This document shows positions 63,439 to 64,000 of a stretch of DNA of 64,000 bases, in pieces (position 1 is the first letter of the stretch; each line of letters starts with the position of its first letter). Where the stretch lies: positions 265,123-329,122 of the forward strand of contig NMRA01000281.1 of NCBI GenBank assembly GCA_002633005.1. Reading direction: 5' to 3'. The position numbers and the translations under genes were made by a program. This DNA is from Phoronis australis (Eukaryota; Animalia; Phoronida). The notes beneath the pieces were generated by a model. The model saw only the letters and a program-made list of their open reading frames with translations. It had not been told where the DNA came from and searched no databases.

Positions 63439-63526
63439 AATGCGTCCCAGGTTGTGTTCGAATGTTGCCCTGGAGACAGAGCCGATGCAATATTGGTGGC
63501 CTATTTCTTACAAGGAATGTACGTGA
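63439..63526 (+). CDS. Cysteine-rich secreted protein, candidate terminal exon 5
   Basis: atctgcag| in phase 2. Encodes (K)MRPRLCSNVALETEPMQYWWPISYKECT*, completing a 543-nt / 180-aa ORF. Confidence 0.55.
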
Positions 63527-64000
63527 TCCTATTGCTTTCGGCAAGTGGACTCGTGTGTGCCTTCATAAAATTGTTTTGAGCTGAGTAATGTTGCACATAC
63601 AGTAGCATCATTTCTAAAATCTATTGGTCTATTTATACTGCAATGTTTTGGTCGGTCATTTCTCCGGTCATCTTCATGTGCTACAGCGCTCTTAGAAGAA
63701 CAGACAAAGTTTTAAAAATCACGATAAATGTGTGGAGTATCGTTTATTTTTAAATTTATATAAGTTTCTGGAACGACTTAGACGAGTGAACAACTTAAAA
63801 TGTTAGTTCAAAATTCCGCAATTTCCCCAATTACAAATAACCTTGATATGTTGCATGGCTCAGTCTGTTGTGAACGGTTCCCCCGAGTTAGAAATTTGGC
63901 AACTCACAATTACAAGTTCTTTTTACACTTTATCTGGTCCACTTGTTTAGACCATGCCACGTGGCCTTATACTAGGACATATATAAATACTATCATTCGT

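Overview
AT-rich, intron-containing animal genomic DNA. It is probably a lophotrochozoan or other marine invertebrate (inferred from the FoxF sequence and the repeat types) and comes from a heterozygous draft assembly. Most six-frame ORFs are spurious; real genes emerge only after splicing. Four genes are supported. (1) The 5' end of GDP-mannose 4,6-dehydratase (GMDS; minus strand, exons 7421-7350, 5044-5000, 2286-2199) runs off the left edge. (2) Head-to-head with it, about 280 bp away, is a complete 5-exon plus-strand gene (7701-11337, 288 aa) encoding two tandem SAM domains fused to a retropepsin-like (DSG) aspartic protease. This unusual architecture is the most interesting object in the window. 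(3) FoxF lies on the minus strand (ATG 35452) in a large gene-poor region; the FoxF-GMDS linkage echoes the vertebrate FOXQ1-FOXF2-FOXC1-GMDS cluster. (4) A 5-exon plus-strand gene (56984-63526, about 180 aa) encodes a probably secreted cysteine-rich repeat protein. The window also has a 3' LINE remnant, several short CA...TG inverted-repeat elements with 5-bp target-site duplications, decayed transposase/PHD fragments, 23-bp and 47-bp minisatellites, and three near-identical tandem duplications split by single Ns (likely haplotype assembly artefacts). GMDS intron 2 holds a cluster of 3'-splice-site-like signals with competing docking/selector-like RNA pairings.
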